From the NCBI GenBank assembly GCA_964568575.1, contig CAZMRN010000001.1, forward strand, positions 3,964-67,963: a stretch of 64,000 nt of DNA, written 5' to 3'. A program made the translations under genes and the position numbers. Source of the DNA: an uncultured Caulobacteraceae bacterium. GTDB taxonomy: Bacteria > Pseudomonadota > Alphaproteobacteria > Caulobacterales > Aquidulcibacteraceae. The notes under the pieces are model-generated. The model saw nothing but the letters and a program-made list of their open reading frames with translations, was not told the DNA's origin and searched no databases. How positions within the stretch are numbered: the first letter of the stretch is position 1; the number at the start of each line of letters is the position of its first letter. Shown piece by piece: positions 8,999 through 18,949 of this stretch.

Positions 8999-9745
8999 TC
9001 ATGCGGCGGACGGCAGCGCCGCAAGTGCCGCGACGCACTTTTCACAATCGCACGTCCACGGATCGTGGAACGCGACGGTGATGATGATTTTATCCCAGAG
9101 CAGCATCCCCCAATAACGCAGCTGGCCTTCATCGACATCGAAGCAGCGGAAGCGATAGTCGAAGATGCCCGGATAGCGCCCGTGCGTGACATCATCTGGC
9201 AAATCCTTGACTTGCAAGAACGGCTCGGGCGGGCGCTCACCCGGCGCGGTCATGGTTACATTGGTATTCAGGCCGTCCGGCATGACCGTGCCGTGATGAT
9301 GGAAATGCAGCCCGCGCACGATTTTCCACGCCACGCGGGCAATGCGCGCGCCGTTTTGGCGTTTCACCACTTTGCCAGGGATTTCCAGCCCGCTCGGTGT
9401 GGGGTCGAACTCGCGCAGAACTTTGCGCATAAGCTTGGCCTTGCGGCCATCCTTGCTGAAGTCGTCGAGATATTTCCGGTAGATCGCGTCTCCGGCTTCC
9501 GATCCGCGAGAGAACGGCATGAGGCTGGCTAGGAAATATTCCTCATCCCGGGAATACGCGGAGTTGCAGACGCGATGGACCGGGAGCGTGAGCAAGCGAT
9601 CGAGGTTATGCTGTTGCCTGATGACGGGCGCGATCAGCCCGCGCAGCGGTACGTGATCGCTATTTTGAGGCGGACACAGCGGCGCCCCGCAAAGATAGCA
9701 AGGCCGAGCACCGTGATCCGGAAGCTGAGTCGAAACAGGGGCCAT
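8999..9745 (-). CDS. HNH-motif nuclease-like protein with uncharacterised C-terminal domain
   Basis: 248 aa. The N-terminus CYLCGAPL..NSDHVPL...LPVHRVCNSAY follows the CxxC...DH...HxxCN pattern of HNH endonucleases. It ends 18 nt upstream of the protease gene on the same strand. Confidence 0.6.
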   Translation of the reverse strand: MAPVSTQLPDHGARPCYLCGAPLCPPQNSDHVPLRGLIAPVIRQQHNLDRLLTLPVHRVCNSAYSRDEEYFLASLMPFSRGSEAGDAIYRKYLDDFSKDGRKAKLMRKVLREFDPTPSGLEIPGKVVKRQNGARIARVAWKIVRGLHFHHHGTVMPDGLNTNVTMTAPGERPPEPFLQVKDLPDDVTHGRYPGIFDYRFRCFDVDEGQLRYWGMLLWDKIIITVAFHDPWTCDCEKCVAALAALPSAA

Positions 9746-9897
9746 ACGTCAATATAGCAGGGCAGCCGATGATCCAGGAGGCCCCCCCGACCGGGAGATG
9801 ACCACGCGTGCATTGCACATGGGGCAAGAGGTCTTCATCAGAGCCCCGCATCCAGCGTACAGACGGCGCTGCGATTAGCTTGGGCCGAGCAAGCACC

Positions 9898-10791
9898 TCA
9901 GAGGGCCAGCGGACTCTTGTGCAACAACCAATCGACCGCTGTTTGCGCCTGGGCCGCCGCTGACAGAAACGCGCGCTTGTCGTCCTTCAGCAGTTTCATC
10001 CAGTGGCCGACGTAAGAGGCATGATCGCTCAGATGATCTGGCGGCAGTCCCAAGTGCGCGCCAAGAATTGAAGCGCCGATCTCGGCGACCAATTCTTCCC
10101 CCGCTAGCGCATGAGCGTTGAAGCGCTTGGGCATATCGCGGTCGACGCGATGCGCGGCGCCGGTGGCGTGCACCGCTTCATGGTTCAAGGTCGCTGCGTA
10201 ATGATCGGGGGAGTCAAACGCCGCCAAAGGCGGCATGCCGATCACGTCCTCGGAGGGTATGTAGCAGGCGATGTCTTGCGTAAGGATACGTTTGATGTCG
10301 AGCTTGGCGAACCACGCCTCGTGCTCGGCGATAGGAAGGCTGTCGGCCTCCGCAGGCGCGGGAAAGAACCGCTCCGGTAGCCCTTCGATCTGTTCGGCAT
10401 TGAACGCGGTGAAGAACTTGAGAAAGCGAAAGCTGTCTTCCACCTTCTCGCCGGCGCCGTTGTCGCGCGTCTTCTTGGCCTGGCCGTAATAGACGACCAT
10501 TTCGCCGCGTTCGCCCTTGCGGACATGCGCGCCGATCTGATTGGCTTGGCGGAGCGTGATCCAGTAGGGCGAGGCATATCCCCTGGCAACGGCAGCGCTC
10601 CACAACATGATGACGTTCACGCCGCGATAATTTTCGCCGGTGGCGCGGCGCGGCAAGGCAAGCCCAGTGCGGGCGCCGTCCCATGGTTTGCGCCATGGCA
10701 TTACGCCGCGCTCCAATTCGGCGAGGATCTTGGTGGTGATTTCCAGGGCGACGTCGCGGCGCTGGCCAGCGATCGTGGAATGGATTGTCAT
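9898..10791 (-). CDS. ardC: ArdC-family antirestriction protein (ssDNA-binding N domain plus zincin metalloprotease domain)
   Basis: The DUF1738-like N-terminus is ITTKILAELERGVMPWRKPW. The C-terminal HEAVHATG zinc-binding motif is present. Typical ICE/plasmid leading-region gene. Confidence 0.9.
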   Translation of the reverse strand: MTIHSTIAGQRRDVALEITTKILAELERGVMPWRKPWDGARTGLALPRRATGENYRGVNVIMLWSAAVARGYASPYWITLRQANQIGAHVRKGERGEMVVYYGQAKKTRDNGAGEKVEDSFRFLKFFTAFNAEQIEGLPERFFPAPAEADSLPIAEHEAWFAKLDIKRILTQDIACYIPSEDVIGMPPLAAFDSPDHYAATLNHEAVHATGAAHRVDRDMPKRFNAHALAGEELVAEIGASILGAHLGLPPDHLSDHASYVGHWMKLLKDDKRAFLSAAAQAQTAVDWLLHKSPLAL

Positions 10792-10863
10792 GATGTCTTA
10801 CTCCGAAACGCAAAGCGCCGCCGGATGGCCGGCGGCGCGTGAGACTTGAAAGATGCGAGGGGC

Positions 10864-12786
10864 TTAAGCGGCGTCGGCTTCCGCCAACGCTTCTTGTCCG
10901 GCGGACGTGATGACCAACACGCCGGATCTTGGTGGTGTGATCAGCACATGGGGCAGCCAATCCCTGAGTTGGCGCACCGCCACGCGCGCGAGATCGGTGC
11001 GCTTCATCTTGGCGAAGGCCGCGATCTTCGGCTTGCGCGCCCGCTCAGTGAGTTTGATCATGGCTGGCGCGGTGGAGAGCGCTTCAAGCGTGAATGCTTT
11101 GGGCGCCTTCTCCCAGAATTCTGTCGATGCTTCCCAATGGCGGTGCATGTCGAGATCGAGCACGGCCGCGAGTTCGTCTGAGGTCGCCTGCGTGCGCTCA
11201 GCCGATGGTGGTGCGCCGTCATGGGTCAGGTCGACGGCTTCCGCGACGAACAGGGCGAGGAGTTCAAGCAGCTTGTCGACGGGTTCGTCGGCGAGCCCGG
11301 CGAGGTCAGTGTCCGCGTAAGCGGCAGAGGCTTCGGTGCGCACCTGCTCGAACCGATCGTCGTCATCGAACCCGACGGGTGAGATCGCAATGGCCAGGCC
11401 CGGCACATCGGCGCGCGCCGCGCTCCGGCGAATGAGCGCCAGCACCATAAGTGCAAGCGCAACCTGCGGACGGCCCGAGAGTTCAGCGCGAAGCGCGCGG
11501 GTGCGTGAGGCGGTCAGACCTGCCACAAGCGATTTCGGCAGGGTGGGCGAACGCGGCGCCGCCTCAACGGATGTGTCGCCAATGTCGCTCAAGGCATCGG
11601 GTTCGACCGCGCGCAGCTTGCGAACAGCCTTAAGGTCGCCCCGCTTGATGAGGCCGCGCGTGACAATGGGTTCGCCATTGCGGTCGATGGTGACGACGGC
11701 GCCGGCATGCACCATCTCGGCCTTGTCCCAGCTTTGATGCGCTTCTCGCAGCGCATCGAGCCGCGCCTCCGCCGCGTCGCGCGCGGTCCACAGCACCTCG
11801 CTATCGGAATCGGATTTAAGTGCGTTGTCGAGCGTCTCGATCTCAGCTTCGAGGTCGGCGATCGCGGCGCGCTCGTCCCCGGTCAGCGGGCGTGTGCGGG
11901 GACGCACGCGTTCGCTCGCGCAGCCTTCGATCTGTCCGTGATGCAATTGGACTTCGACCCAAGCCCACCCCTCTGCGGCCAGGCTTTCGCGCATCTCCTC
12001 GATACGTTCGGCGGCGAGGCGCTGGAGGAGTTCGCCGTCTTCGAGAAAGGCCACTTCATCCTCGAACAGATCGCGGACGATCCGCCCGCCGGCTGCCTCA
12101 TACGCCTCCAGTCCAACAAAGCGGGCAAGCCGGTCGGTGGCAGGCGCGCGACCGCCAGAGAGCGCGTTGCGGATGCTCGGCGCATGGGAGATCGGTTTGG
12201 GAACCTGCTTGAACAGACGCTCTTGGGCGCCGTGGTCGTCGGTGAGACAGAACGCCCGCGCGACATCGAGCGTGAGGTCGCCTTTGCGATAGGCTGCACG
12301 GACCTTCGGCGAAAGGCGGCCGAGGGCGAGGCGCTGTTCGACGTGGCGCACGCTCGCGCCGAACCGTTCGGCAATGGCATCGACGCTCATGCCGTCATCG
12401 ACGAGCCGTGCGAACGCTTCCATTTCGTCCATGGCGTTCATGGCGACGCGCTGGACGTTCTCGGCGAGTGACGCCTCAGAACTCAACGCCGGTTCGACGA
12501 TGGTGCAGGGCGCAGCAAAGTCGCGCGCCAATCTTCCCTGCTTGATGAGCAGCCGGAGCGCTGCGAGGCGGCGCGATCCGGCGACCACGCCGTAGCGGCC
12601 ATCGTCCGCGCGCACGACGGAGAGATTTTGCAGAAGGCCGTGCGCGGCGATGGATGCGGCGAGCGCCTCGATGTCGGCGCGTTTGTCGGTGCGCCGCACA
12701 TTGTCTTCATGCACGGCGAGTTTGCTGACGGGGACGAAGCACGTGCGTTGCGCGTCAGCGGCGGTGTCCAGGATTTCGGTTGTCAT
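10864..12786 (-). CDS. large ParB/Srx-domain protein (ICE ParB-like nuclease/partition family)
   Basis: 640 aa. The N-terminal ParB box is HGLLQNLSVV...VVAGSRRLAALRLL, followed by a long alpha-helical C-terminal extension typical of conjugative-element ParB-like proteins. Confidence 0.85.
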   Translation of the reverse strand: MTTEILDTAADAQRTCFVPVSKLAVHEDNVRRTDKRADIEALAASIAAHGLLQNLSVVRADDGRYGVVAGSRRLAALRLLIKQGRLARDFAAPCTIVEPALSSEASLAENVQRVAMNAMDEMEAFARLVDDGMSVDAIAERFGASVRHVEQRLALGRLSPKVRAAYRKGDLTLDVARAFCLTDDHGAQERLFKQVPKPISHAPSIRNALSGGRAPATDRLARFVGLEAYEAAGGRIVRDLFEDEVAFLEDGELLQRLAAERIEEMRESLAAEGWAWVEVQLHHGQIEGCASERVRPRTRPLTGDERAAIADLEAEIETLDNALKSDSDSEVLWTARDAAEARLDALREAHQSWDKAEMVHAGAVVTIDRNGEPIVTRGLIKRGDLKAVRKLRAVEPDALSDIGDTSVEAAPRSPTLPKSLVAGLTASRTRALRAELSGRPQVALALMVLALIRRSAARADVPGLAIAISPVGFDDDDRFEQVRTEASAAYADTDLAGLADEPVDKLLELLALFVAEAVDLTHDGAPPSAERTQATSDELAAVLDLDMHRHWEASTEFWEKAPKAFTLEALSTAPAMIKLTERARKPKIAAFAKMKRTDLARVAVRQLRDWLPHVLITPPRSGVLVITSAGQEALAEADAA

Positions 12787-13014
12787 GGGATCGCTCCAGA
12801 AGGTGAGCGGCGGATCGCTCGGTCCGCCGGGGCCGCGTGGTCCGCGACCTCGTTCCTCCTGGCCCGCGCCTGAAGCCGGCCGGGTCGAGGGCTTTAGAGC
12901 GCAGCGTCCCTCGATGCGGACGGCTGCGCGGGCGATTATGCGATGGTCGTGGCCACGCGGCCTTGGCGTTGCGACGCAAACGCCCGCATGTGCACGTCGA
13001 GAACACCTGCAACG

Positions 13015-14796
13015 TTAGGAATGTGGATTGAAGTCTTCCAACAGCAGGTTTTCCCGACCTGACAAGATGTCAATGCGCCACTGAGTTTGCGGGAGCTCCC
13101 AGCGGAAGAAGTAGCGGCATGCCTGTAGCTTTTCTTGGGCGAGCATATGATTTGTTTGACGAGCCGCTAACGCCTGCCAGAGCCACAGCCATGCGACGCA
13201 AGCGTGACCGAAAGCCTCTAAGACCAGTGTGGCATTGGCGATGGTCTCCGGCTCGGACGCCGTTCCGGTCACAGCGTCGATCTTCCCGAAGAGCGTCTCC
13301 AGCGCAACTGCATATGATGAGAACTCGTCATCCGCAGAACGAGCGGCCAGACATGTTGCGGCAATCCTCGTGGTGAGGCTAGCGAGCGCCCGTGCATTGT
13401 TCCTTCTGAGTTTCCGCGTCACGAGATCCAGCGCTTGAATGCCGTTGGTGCCCTCGTGGATCGCATTCAGCCGGTTGTCTCGATACATCTGCTCGACCGG
13501 GAAATCGCGCGTGTAGCCATAGCCGCCATGCACTTGTATGGCGAGGGAGTTGGCTTCCAAGCAGTATTGGGCAGGCCAACTCTTTGCCACCGGCGTCAGC
13601 AATTCGAGGACACCACGGGCTTCCTCTCGATCTTCCAAAGACGGTAGGGAGATGGAGTCGTCGTAGAGCCGCGAGCATAAGAGGCACAACATCAGCGCCC
13701 CTTCCGCATAAGCTTTTTGCGCCAGCAGCATCCGTCGAACATCTGGATGATTGATGATAGCCACCTGCGGCGTTGTAGGATCGCTGTTGCCAGGGAGTCG
13801 CCCCTGGGCGCGCTCTCGGCTATAAGCAAGAGCGTGAAGGTAGCCAGTGTAGCCCAGAGAGGCGGCGTTTAGACCGACGCCGATACGAGCCTCGTTCATC
13901 ATGTGGAACATGATGTCCAGACCCTTGTTTGGTTCTCCTACCAGGTAAGCTACGGCCCCTGATTGCCCGTGAGGCAAAAATGCGCCGTCTCCGAAGGTAA
14001 GCGCCGCATTCGCGGTGCCCCGGTATCCCATCTTGTGGTTTAGCCCAGCAAGCGTCACGTCATTGCGCTCGTACTGGTCATTCTCGGTCACGATGTATTT
14101 GGGCGTCAAAAACAGGGAGAGGCCCCTGGTTCCGCTCGGGGCGTCTGGCATGCGCGCCAGCACCATATGGACAATATTCTCAGAGAGCTCGTGATCGCCA
14201 CCGGACGTCCACATCTTCCGTCCGAAAATTCGAAAGGTGGAGTCACCAGCGGGAACGGCTTTGGTGACGAGATCGGCGAGCGACGAGCCAGCATGAGGTT
14301 CGGATAGACACATTGTGCCGTAGAATCGTCCCTCAATCATCGCCCTCAGGTAGCGAGCATGGTGCGCCTCACTACCGAAGCGACTAAGCATGTTTGCGGC
14401 TGCAATGGTGAGGAACGCGTACCCAGCCGTGCCCGGATTGGCCGCCTGAAAGAAGGAGACGGCAGCATTGGCAATGCTTAACGGCAATTGCATTCCACCA
14501 TTCTCGATGGAAGCGGTCATTCCAAAGAAGCCAGCTTCCCTGAAGTGGCCAAGCGCGGCGCCGACTTCAGGGATGATCTCTACTCGATTGTCGGCGATAC
14601 GCGGTTCATTGAGGTCGGCCTTCCTGTTATGCGGTGCGAACTCCTTGGATGCGATATCCTCTGCGAGCTGTAGGATTGCTTCTGCTGTCGAACGCGAGTG
14701 CGAGTTGAAATGAGGGCGACAAAAGAGCTCCTCTGTCCGAAGAACGTCGAACAGCATGAAGTGTAGGTCTCGCAGCGATAGGAGTTTATGCTTCAT
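13015..14796 (-). CDS. acyl-CoA dehydrogenase (long form with C-terminal extension)
   Basis: 593 aa. ACAD middle and C-terminal motifs are MCLSEPHAGSSL, KMWTSGGDH and QVHGGYGYTRDFPVEQMYRDNRLNAIHEGTNGIQ. Confidence 0.9.
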   Translation of the reverse strand: MKHKLLSLRDLHFMLFDVLRTEELFCRPHFNSHSRSTAEAILQLAEDIASKEFAPHNRKADLNEPRIADNRVEIIPEVGAALGHFREAGFFGMTASIENGGMQLPLSIANAAVSFFQAANPGTAGYAFLTIAAANMLSRFGSEAHHARYLRAMIEGRFYGTMCLSEPHAGSSLADLVTKAVPAGDSTFRIFGRKMWTSGGDHELSENIVHMVLARMPDAPSGTRGLSLFLTPKYIVTENDQYERNDVTLAGLNHKMGYRGTANAALTFGDGAFLPHGQSGAVAYLVGEPNKGLDIMFHMMNEARIGVGLNAASLGYTGYLHALAYSRERAQGRLPGNSDPTTPQVAIINHPDVRRMLLAQKAYAEGALMLCLLCSRLYDDSISLPSLEDREEARGVLELLTPVAKSWPAQYCLEANSLAIQVHGGYGYTRDFPVEQMYRDNRLNAIHEGTNGIQALDLVTRKLRRNNARALASLTTRIAATCLAARSADDEFSSYAVALETLFGKIDAVTGTASEPETIANATLVLEAFGHACVAWLWLWQALAARQTNHMLAQEKLQACRYFFRWELPQTQWRIDILSGRENLLLEDFNPHS

Positions 14797-16087
14797 AGGT
14801 GCGCTTTGCTTGCGGGCCGTGCATCGGGTCTCGCCGTCGCGCCAGGAAAAATAGGACAGCAGCCGCGATGTTTAAGCCCCCGACGATCGCCATCGCGGCG
14901 CCGAGGGCGCTGAAAGAGGGGACGTTGGTTCTTAGCGGTTCTGTGAGTGCGCTGGCGTCGGCCAAGAGGCCGACAGCGAGCGGCCCGAGGCCAAGGCCTA
15001 TTCCATTCACGATGAGCGTAAACACGGAAGAAGCTCGCGCCCGGAGGCTGGCTGAAGCAACAGACTGCACGGCGGCGAAAACCGGCCCGTACCAAAGCGC
15101 GTTCAAAAAGGACACGCAGAACAACAGGACGAAGGCGATAAGTTGAGTGGAGGCCGTAAGCGCAAAGGGGAGCAATGACGCCGAGACGACCAGTGAGACC
15201 GCCGCAGGCGCCATCGAGTCGCTTCGTGCGCCTTGACGGCGCGAAAGAGCGCCGCCCGCGAGCGAACCTAGAATACCGCTCAAGCCGACGATGAGTCCGA
15301 GTCGCAATCCTAGCGCTGTCAGCCCGAGATCGAAGCGTTCTGCCAGGTAAACGCCGATGAAACTGAGTAGGCCGTAGCCTGCCGCGGACGCAGCGGCGGC
15401 CGCAAAGGACAGAAGCAGAAATTCTCTATTTTTGAGGAGAGACGTGATTGATCCCGCGCGCTCTTCGTGGTCGGGAAGCCGCGGCGGCTCCTGCACTGTC
15501 AAAAGCAGCAACAACGTTGCCAGCAGGCCAGGGAGGCCAGCCACGAGAAATGCAAGTCGCCATCCCCAGTGCTCGGCGACGAAGCCGCCCAGAGCAAGTC
15601 CACCAAGTGAGCCCAGTGGGATTCCGATGGCGAAAATTGCCATGGCCTGAGCGCGCTTCTTTGGGGGGAAAAGATCGGAGATGAGGCTGTGGGAGGTGGG
15701 AACGCAGCCTGCTTCGCCAATGCCAACGCCTATACGAAGAAGGAACAGGTGCATAAAGCTGGTCGCTGCGCCGCAGAGTGCGGTCATGGCGCTCCAGATG
15801 GCGCAGCAAAAGCCGAGAAGTCGGGTTCGATTGGAGCGGTCAGCTATCGCCGCGATCGGGACCCCCAACGTGCTATAGAATAGGGCGAAGGCGAGCCCCG
15901 AGATCAGGCCCAGCTGCGTATTCGACAAGCCAAGGTCTTGCTTGATGGGCGCCGCAAGGATTGTGACGATTTGCCGGTCCAGAAAGTTGAGACTGTAGAT
16001 CAAAGTGAGCAGGAATAGCGCCCAGCCTGCGGATTGCTCCTGTTGGCGCTCCTTCGGATTCTCGCGAATTGGTGCGTCTGCTGACAC
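14786..16087 (-). CDS. MFS transporter (Spinster-like subfamily)
   Basis: 433 aa with ~12 TM. The MFS signature is LNFLDRQIV...GLISGLAFALFYS..ADRSNRTRLL. It overlaps the ACAD start by 11 nt. Confidence 0.85.
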   Translation of the reverse strand: MSADAPIRENPKERQQEQSAGWALFLLTLIYSLNFLDRQIVTILAAPIKQDLGLSNTQLGLISGLAFALFYSTLGVPIAAIADRSNRTRLLGFCCAIWSAMTALCGAATSFMHLFLLRIGVGIGEAGCVPTSHSLISDLFPPKKRAQAMAIFAIGIPLGSLGGLALGGFVAEHWGWRLAFLVAGLPGLLATLLLLLTVQEPPRLPDHEERAGSITSLLKNREFLLLSFAAAAASAAGYGLLSFIGVYLAERFDLGLTALGLRLGLIVGLSGILGSLAGGALSRRQGARSDSMAPAAVSLVVSASLLPFALTASTQLIAFVLLFCVSFLNALWYGPVFAAVQSVASASLRARASSVFTLIVNGIGLGLGPLAVGLLADASALTEPLRTNVPSFSALGAAMAIVGGLNIAAAVLFFLARRRDPMHGPQAKRTYEA

Positions 16088-16126
16088 TGGCGATCTCCCC
16101 GAAAAGATCCCATATCATGCAGAAGA

Positions 16127-16138
16127 ATTGTCGACAAT
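16127..16138. promoter_or_regulatory. ATTGTCGACAAT palindrome (candidate GntR/FadR-type operator) upstream of the MFS-ACAD operon
   Basis: A perfect 12-bp palindrome lies 40 nt upstream of the MFS start codon. The same 12-mer occurs at 18881-18892 and 27012-27023. Confidence 0.5.
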
Positions 16139-16139
16139 C

Positions 16140-17501
16140 CTATGATGCGACTCTCTCAACCGCAGGCAGACGCCACGCTCCCGTAAGCAGCGGCGCGCTG
16201 GGCATGTAAAACCTGAACACGAGGGCGAACGGTCCGGGAGGCGTTGGAAACCAATTGCCAGCCTCGCTTTGAGGTTGGTCGTTCTGTATCAAGATGCGAA
16301 CGGAGTCATCGCTCTGTTTGGTGAGGTTTGGACTGCGATTGCCGAGCGAGTATCGCCGCAGAGCGTTCTCAGCGAAGAACAGTCGGCCATCGGCTTCAAC
16401 TGTATATAACGAGAGCGACCAGAACGCTCGCGCGGGCACGTCGCGCGGTATGAGCAGTTGGTAGCTGCGGGATCCGTCCAGCATTGCGCCGGCGGCGTCA
16501 CGGTCGCAGCGCGCATATGTCGCCTCTTCGCGCTCCAGGGCAGCGAGACCGCTCAGTGCGACCGTCGCTCTCACTTGGTCGGTTGCGCTCTGGGAACCGA
16601 TTTCGGCCGGCGGATAACTCCATCCATTCGCAGACGAGCCTTGAGCGGCGAAGCCCGCGCGCATCGCTTGCAGTGAATTCGCAATAGCGCCGCGCCAGGC
16701 CTCTCTGTGATCTGCCGGCAATTGGGCGAACGCGCCTTGAACACCTGGGCGAACGCCCCACGGAGCGAGCGTAGCGGTGGCGCGCGCGACACGAGGGTCG
16801 GCGCGGTTACGCTCAAGCATTTCATTGACGACATCCAGAAGATTTTCGGGATCGCTCGCCGTTATGGGACGGATGCGCGGCGGCGAAGGCGGCGGCGCCT
16901 GCACAACATTGAATCCCCTTTGGATTGCGTTTGCTTCTAAGAGATCGGCCTCGCCGTCCACCAAAATTCGAGCAAGCAGCCATGCGTCGCTTGTGGGACT
17001 TACGATGGTTTGGGGTGGAGCGACGCTGGTATTGCCCCGCCAGCCCGGGGGCGCAATAAGATAGCGACCTCCACGGCCCTGCGTGGAGCGAGTCCCAACA
17101 TACGCAACGTTGTCAGTGAAGCAATTCATCAGCGCCACGGAGAAATATCGATCACTGACGCTCGGGACGTCGATCTCCAACGGGCCCTGGGAAAGATCCA
17201 GGCGCATCGACGAGTACACTGTGTCGTTGTTGGGCGTCGTCACCGACCTCGCCGTGTGATCGGCGAGCGTGGTGCGGTGCGAAAGCCTGTTGTAGCGCCC
17301 CTCTGGATGTTGGGCGCTTGGCGCGGCCGCTTGCCATGCCGTTCGCGCGAACTCAAAGATTGGGAAGCAGAAATAGAAGGCGTCACTGCACGTTGGCTCG
17401 GCACGAGTTGCATGAGCACAGGCAGACGTGAAGGCCGAAGCTATGGCAAGTGAGGTCAATTGCCGACGATTAAGGCCGGCGCTCGGCTGTGCAGGGTTCA
17501 T
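16140..17501 (-). CDS. DUF1254/DUF1214 domain protein, Tat-signal
   Basis: 453 aa. A Tat-like LNRRQLTSLAIASAF signal is present. DRYFSVALMNCFTDNVAYVG..GGRYLIAPPGW resembles DUF1254, and GNWFPTPPGPFALVFRFYMP resembles DUF1214. Confidence 0.75.
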   Translation of the reverse strand: MNPAQPSAGLNRRQLTSLAIASAFTSACAHATRAEPTCSDAFYFCFPIFEFARTAWQAAAPSAQHPEGRYNRLSHRTTLADHTARSVTTPNNDTVYSSMRLDLSQGPLEIDVPSVSDRYFSVALMNCFTDNVAYVGTRSTQGRGGRYLIAPPGWRGNTSVAPPQTIVSPTSDAWLLARILVDGEADLLEANAIQRGFNVVQAPPPSPPRIRPITASDPENLLDVVNEMLERNRADPRVARATATLAPWGVRPGVQGAFAQLPADHREAWRGAIANSLQAMRAGFAAQGSSANGWSYPPAEIGSQSATDQVRATVALSGLAALEREEATYARCDRDAAGAMLDGSRSYQLLIPRDVPARAFWSLSLYTVEADGRLFFAENALRRYSLGNRSPNLTKQSDDSVRILIQNDQPQSEAGNWFPTPPGPFALVFRFYMPSAPLLTGAWRLPAVERVAS

Positions 17502-18787
17502 CGCGAAGCTCTCATGATCGATAGTGTGGCGCGCTTGATGGCGTTGATGCAGGCCGCGATCAAATCGGGGCCTGTCTTGTCCAGCCGATCTGCGTCCACA
17601 TGGTGGAAGCGATGGGCGCCGAAGAGACCGAACAACGACGTGTACCCGTGCGCGATCAGCTCTGAGAGTTCTCCTGCGGCGCCTGCGGTCGCGGGATAGG
17701 GCCTCTCCAGGCCAGGCAGGCGCTCGAATGCGGTTTGGAGCCGTTCAAGGTGCTGCGTGCTGCCAACGAGGAACCGCTGAGGATCAGCGCTGGGCAGCGG
17801 GAGCAGCCGGTAGTCGCCCAGTTCATGGAAGTCGCGCGCGGCAAACCCGGCGCCCAAGTGAACCCAAAGCGCTACCTCAACCGGACTCGGCGCGAGAGTC
17901 GCCAGGAAGCGTCGGCTTCCCTCATTGTCGTACTCATGTGCTGCGGTGCAGACAAAAACCAGATTGAAATCTCGGAGCGCCCGAGGAGCCCACGATGCAA
18001 GTTCTCTAAAGGCGGCGAGTCCGGGTCCGCGCTCGGCAACGGCGGCCGTCCATCCGGTGCGCGGGGTTGAAACGACGATAGTGCGCCCCGAACGTTGAAT
18101 GGAGCCGATCAGATTGGTTGTCTGTGCGGCGTTTCTCGACGCCTCTATAGCCAACCGACAGTCGGAAAAACTTGTGATCTTGGAGGCGAGGGCGCGGGCT
18201 GGTCTGGGGCCGAGCAGGAGTATCGGTGCTGCGGGCAGATCGCGTTGTACAATTGGGACGTTGAGATGGATGCTTTCGCCCGTTGGTCCATGCGTGATTA
18301 GCAAGATCGCCAGGGGATCGCCCTGGACGGCCTGTTGTATCGCCTCGTTGGAAAACTGCGTCATCATTTGGGAGTGGCGCGCGTACGGCAAATCAATAAC
18401 GGCGACCGCGCCAGTCAGGTGGTTGGTGTCTGCACCGCTGCGCCAGGGGACCAGGCGTGTCGTGGCGTTAATATGGAGTGTTTGCTCACGGAAGGGCGCA
18501 AGCACCAAGGGGATGCGTTCGTGGTTGAAGGCAATTTCAGCGTGCGCAATATCGAACTGCGGGCACTGGACCGTCTGCCTTTCCAGCGCGAAGCCCGCCG
18601 CTTCGAGGGCGTTGGCGAGATAGATTTCCACAGCGCGCTCGCCAACATCGCCGCTGCGCAGGTGCTCCTGCGCATTGAGAAGATCCAGGATCTCGTTGAT
18701 GCGAGACCTCTCGGGTCCCCTTGCCGATTTAGGTGCGCCGTATGACAGCGCGATCCCTCCGCCAAGGGTCTCGCGACGGTTTAGCAA
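17498..18787 (-). CDS. hypothetical secreted protein (Tat-like signal), function unknown
   Basis: I chose a TTG start at 18787, preceded by GGAGAG at 6-nt spacing, giving M-LNRRETLGGGIALS. The longer track ORF (to 19021) would overlap the divergent TonB-receptor gene and its operator sites. Confidence 0.5.
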   Translation of the reverse strand: MLNRRETLGGGIALSYGAPKSARGPERSRINEILDLLNAQEHLRSGDVGERAVEIYLANALEAAGFALERQTVQCPQFDIAHAEIAFNHERIPLVLAPFREQTLHINATTRLVPWRSGADTNHLTGAVAVIDLPYARHSQMMTQFSNEAIQQAVQGDPLAILLITHGPTGESIHLNVPIVQRDLPAAPILLLGPRPARALASKITSFSDCRLAIEASRNAAQTTNLIGSIQRSGRTIVVSTPRTGWTAAVAERGPGLAAFRELASWAPRALRDFNLVFVCTAAHEYDNEGSRRFLATLAPSPVEVALWVHLGAGFAARDFHELGDYRLLPLPSADPQRFLVGSTQHLERLQTAFERLPGLERPYPATAGAAGELSELIAHGYTSLFGLFGAHRFHHVDADRLDKTGPDLIAACINAIKRATLSIMRASR

Positions 18788-18830
18788 ATTGTGCTCTCCA
18801 ATCCGCTCCAAGTTAGATCGCCATCTGGGA

Positions 18831-18892
18831 AATGTCGACAATCTGGCTCTGCTTGTTGACCGTAGGGGCCAGATGGCATAATTGTCGACAAT
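18831..18892. promoter_or_regulatory. two GntR-type palindromes in the divergent promoter of the TonB-receptor gene and the 17498-18787 gene
   Basis: AATGTCGACAAT lies at 18831-18842 and ATTGTCGACAAT at 18881-18892, 50 bp apart centre to centre. Confidence 0.5.
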
Positions 18893-18949
18893 GTGACGCC
18901 GAGCCCCGCGGAATGAGGTGCCTTGTGCGATCGCGCAGGGGAGGAATGT

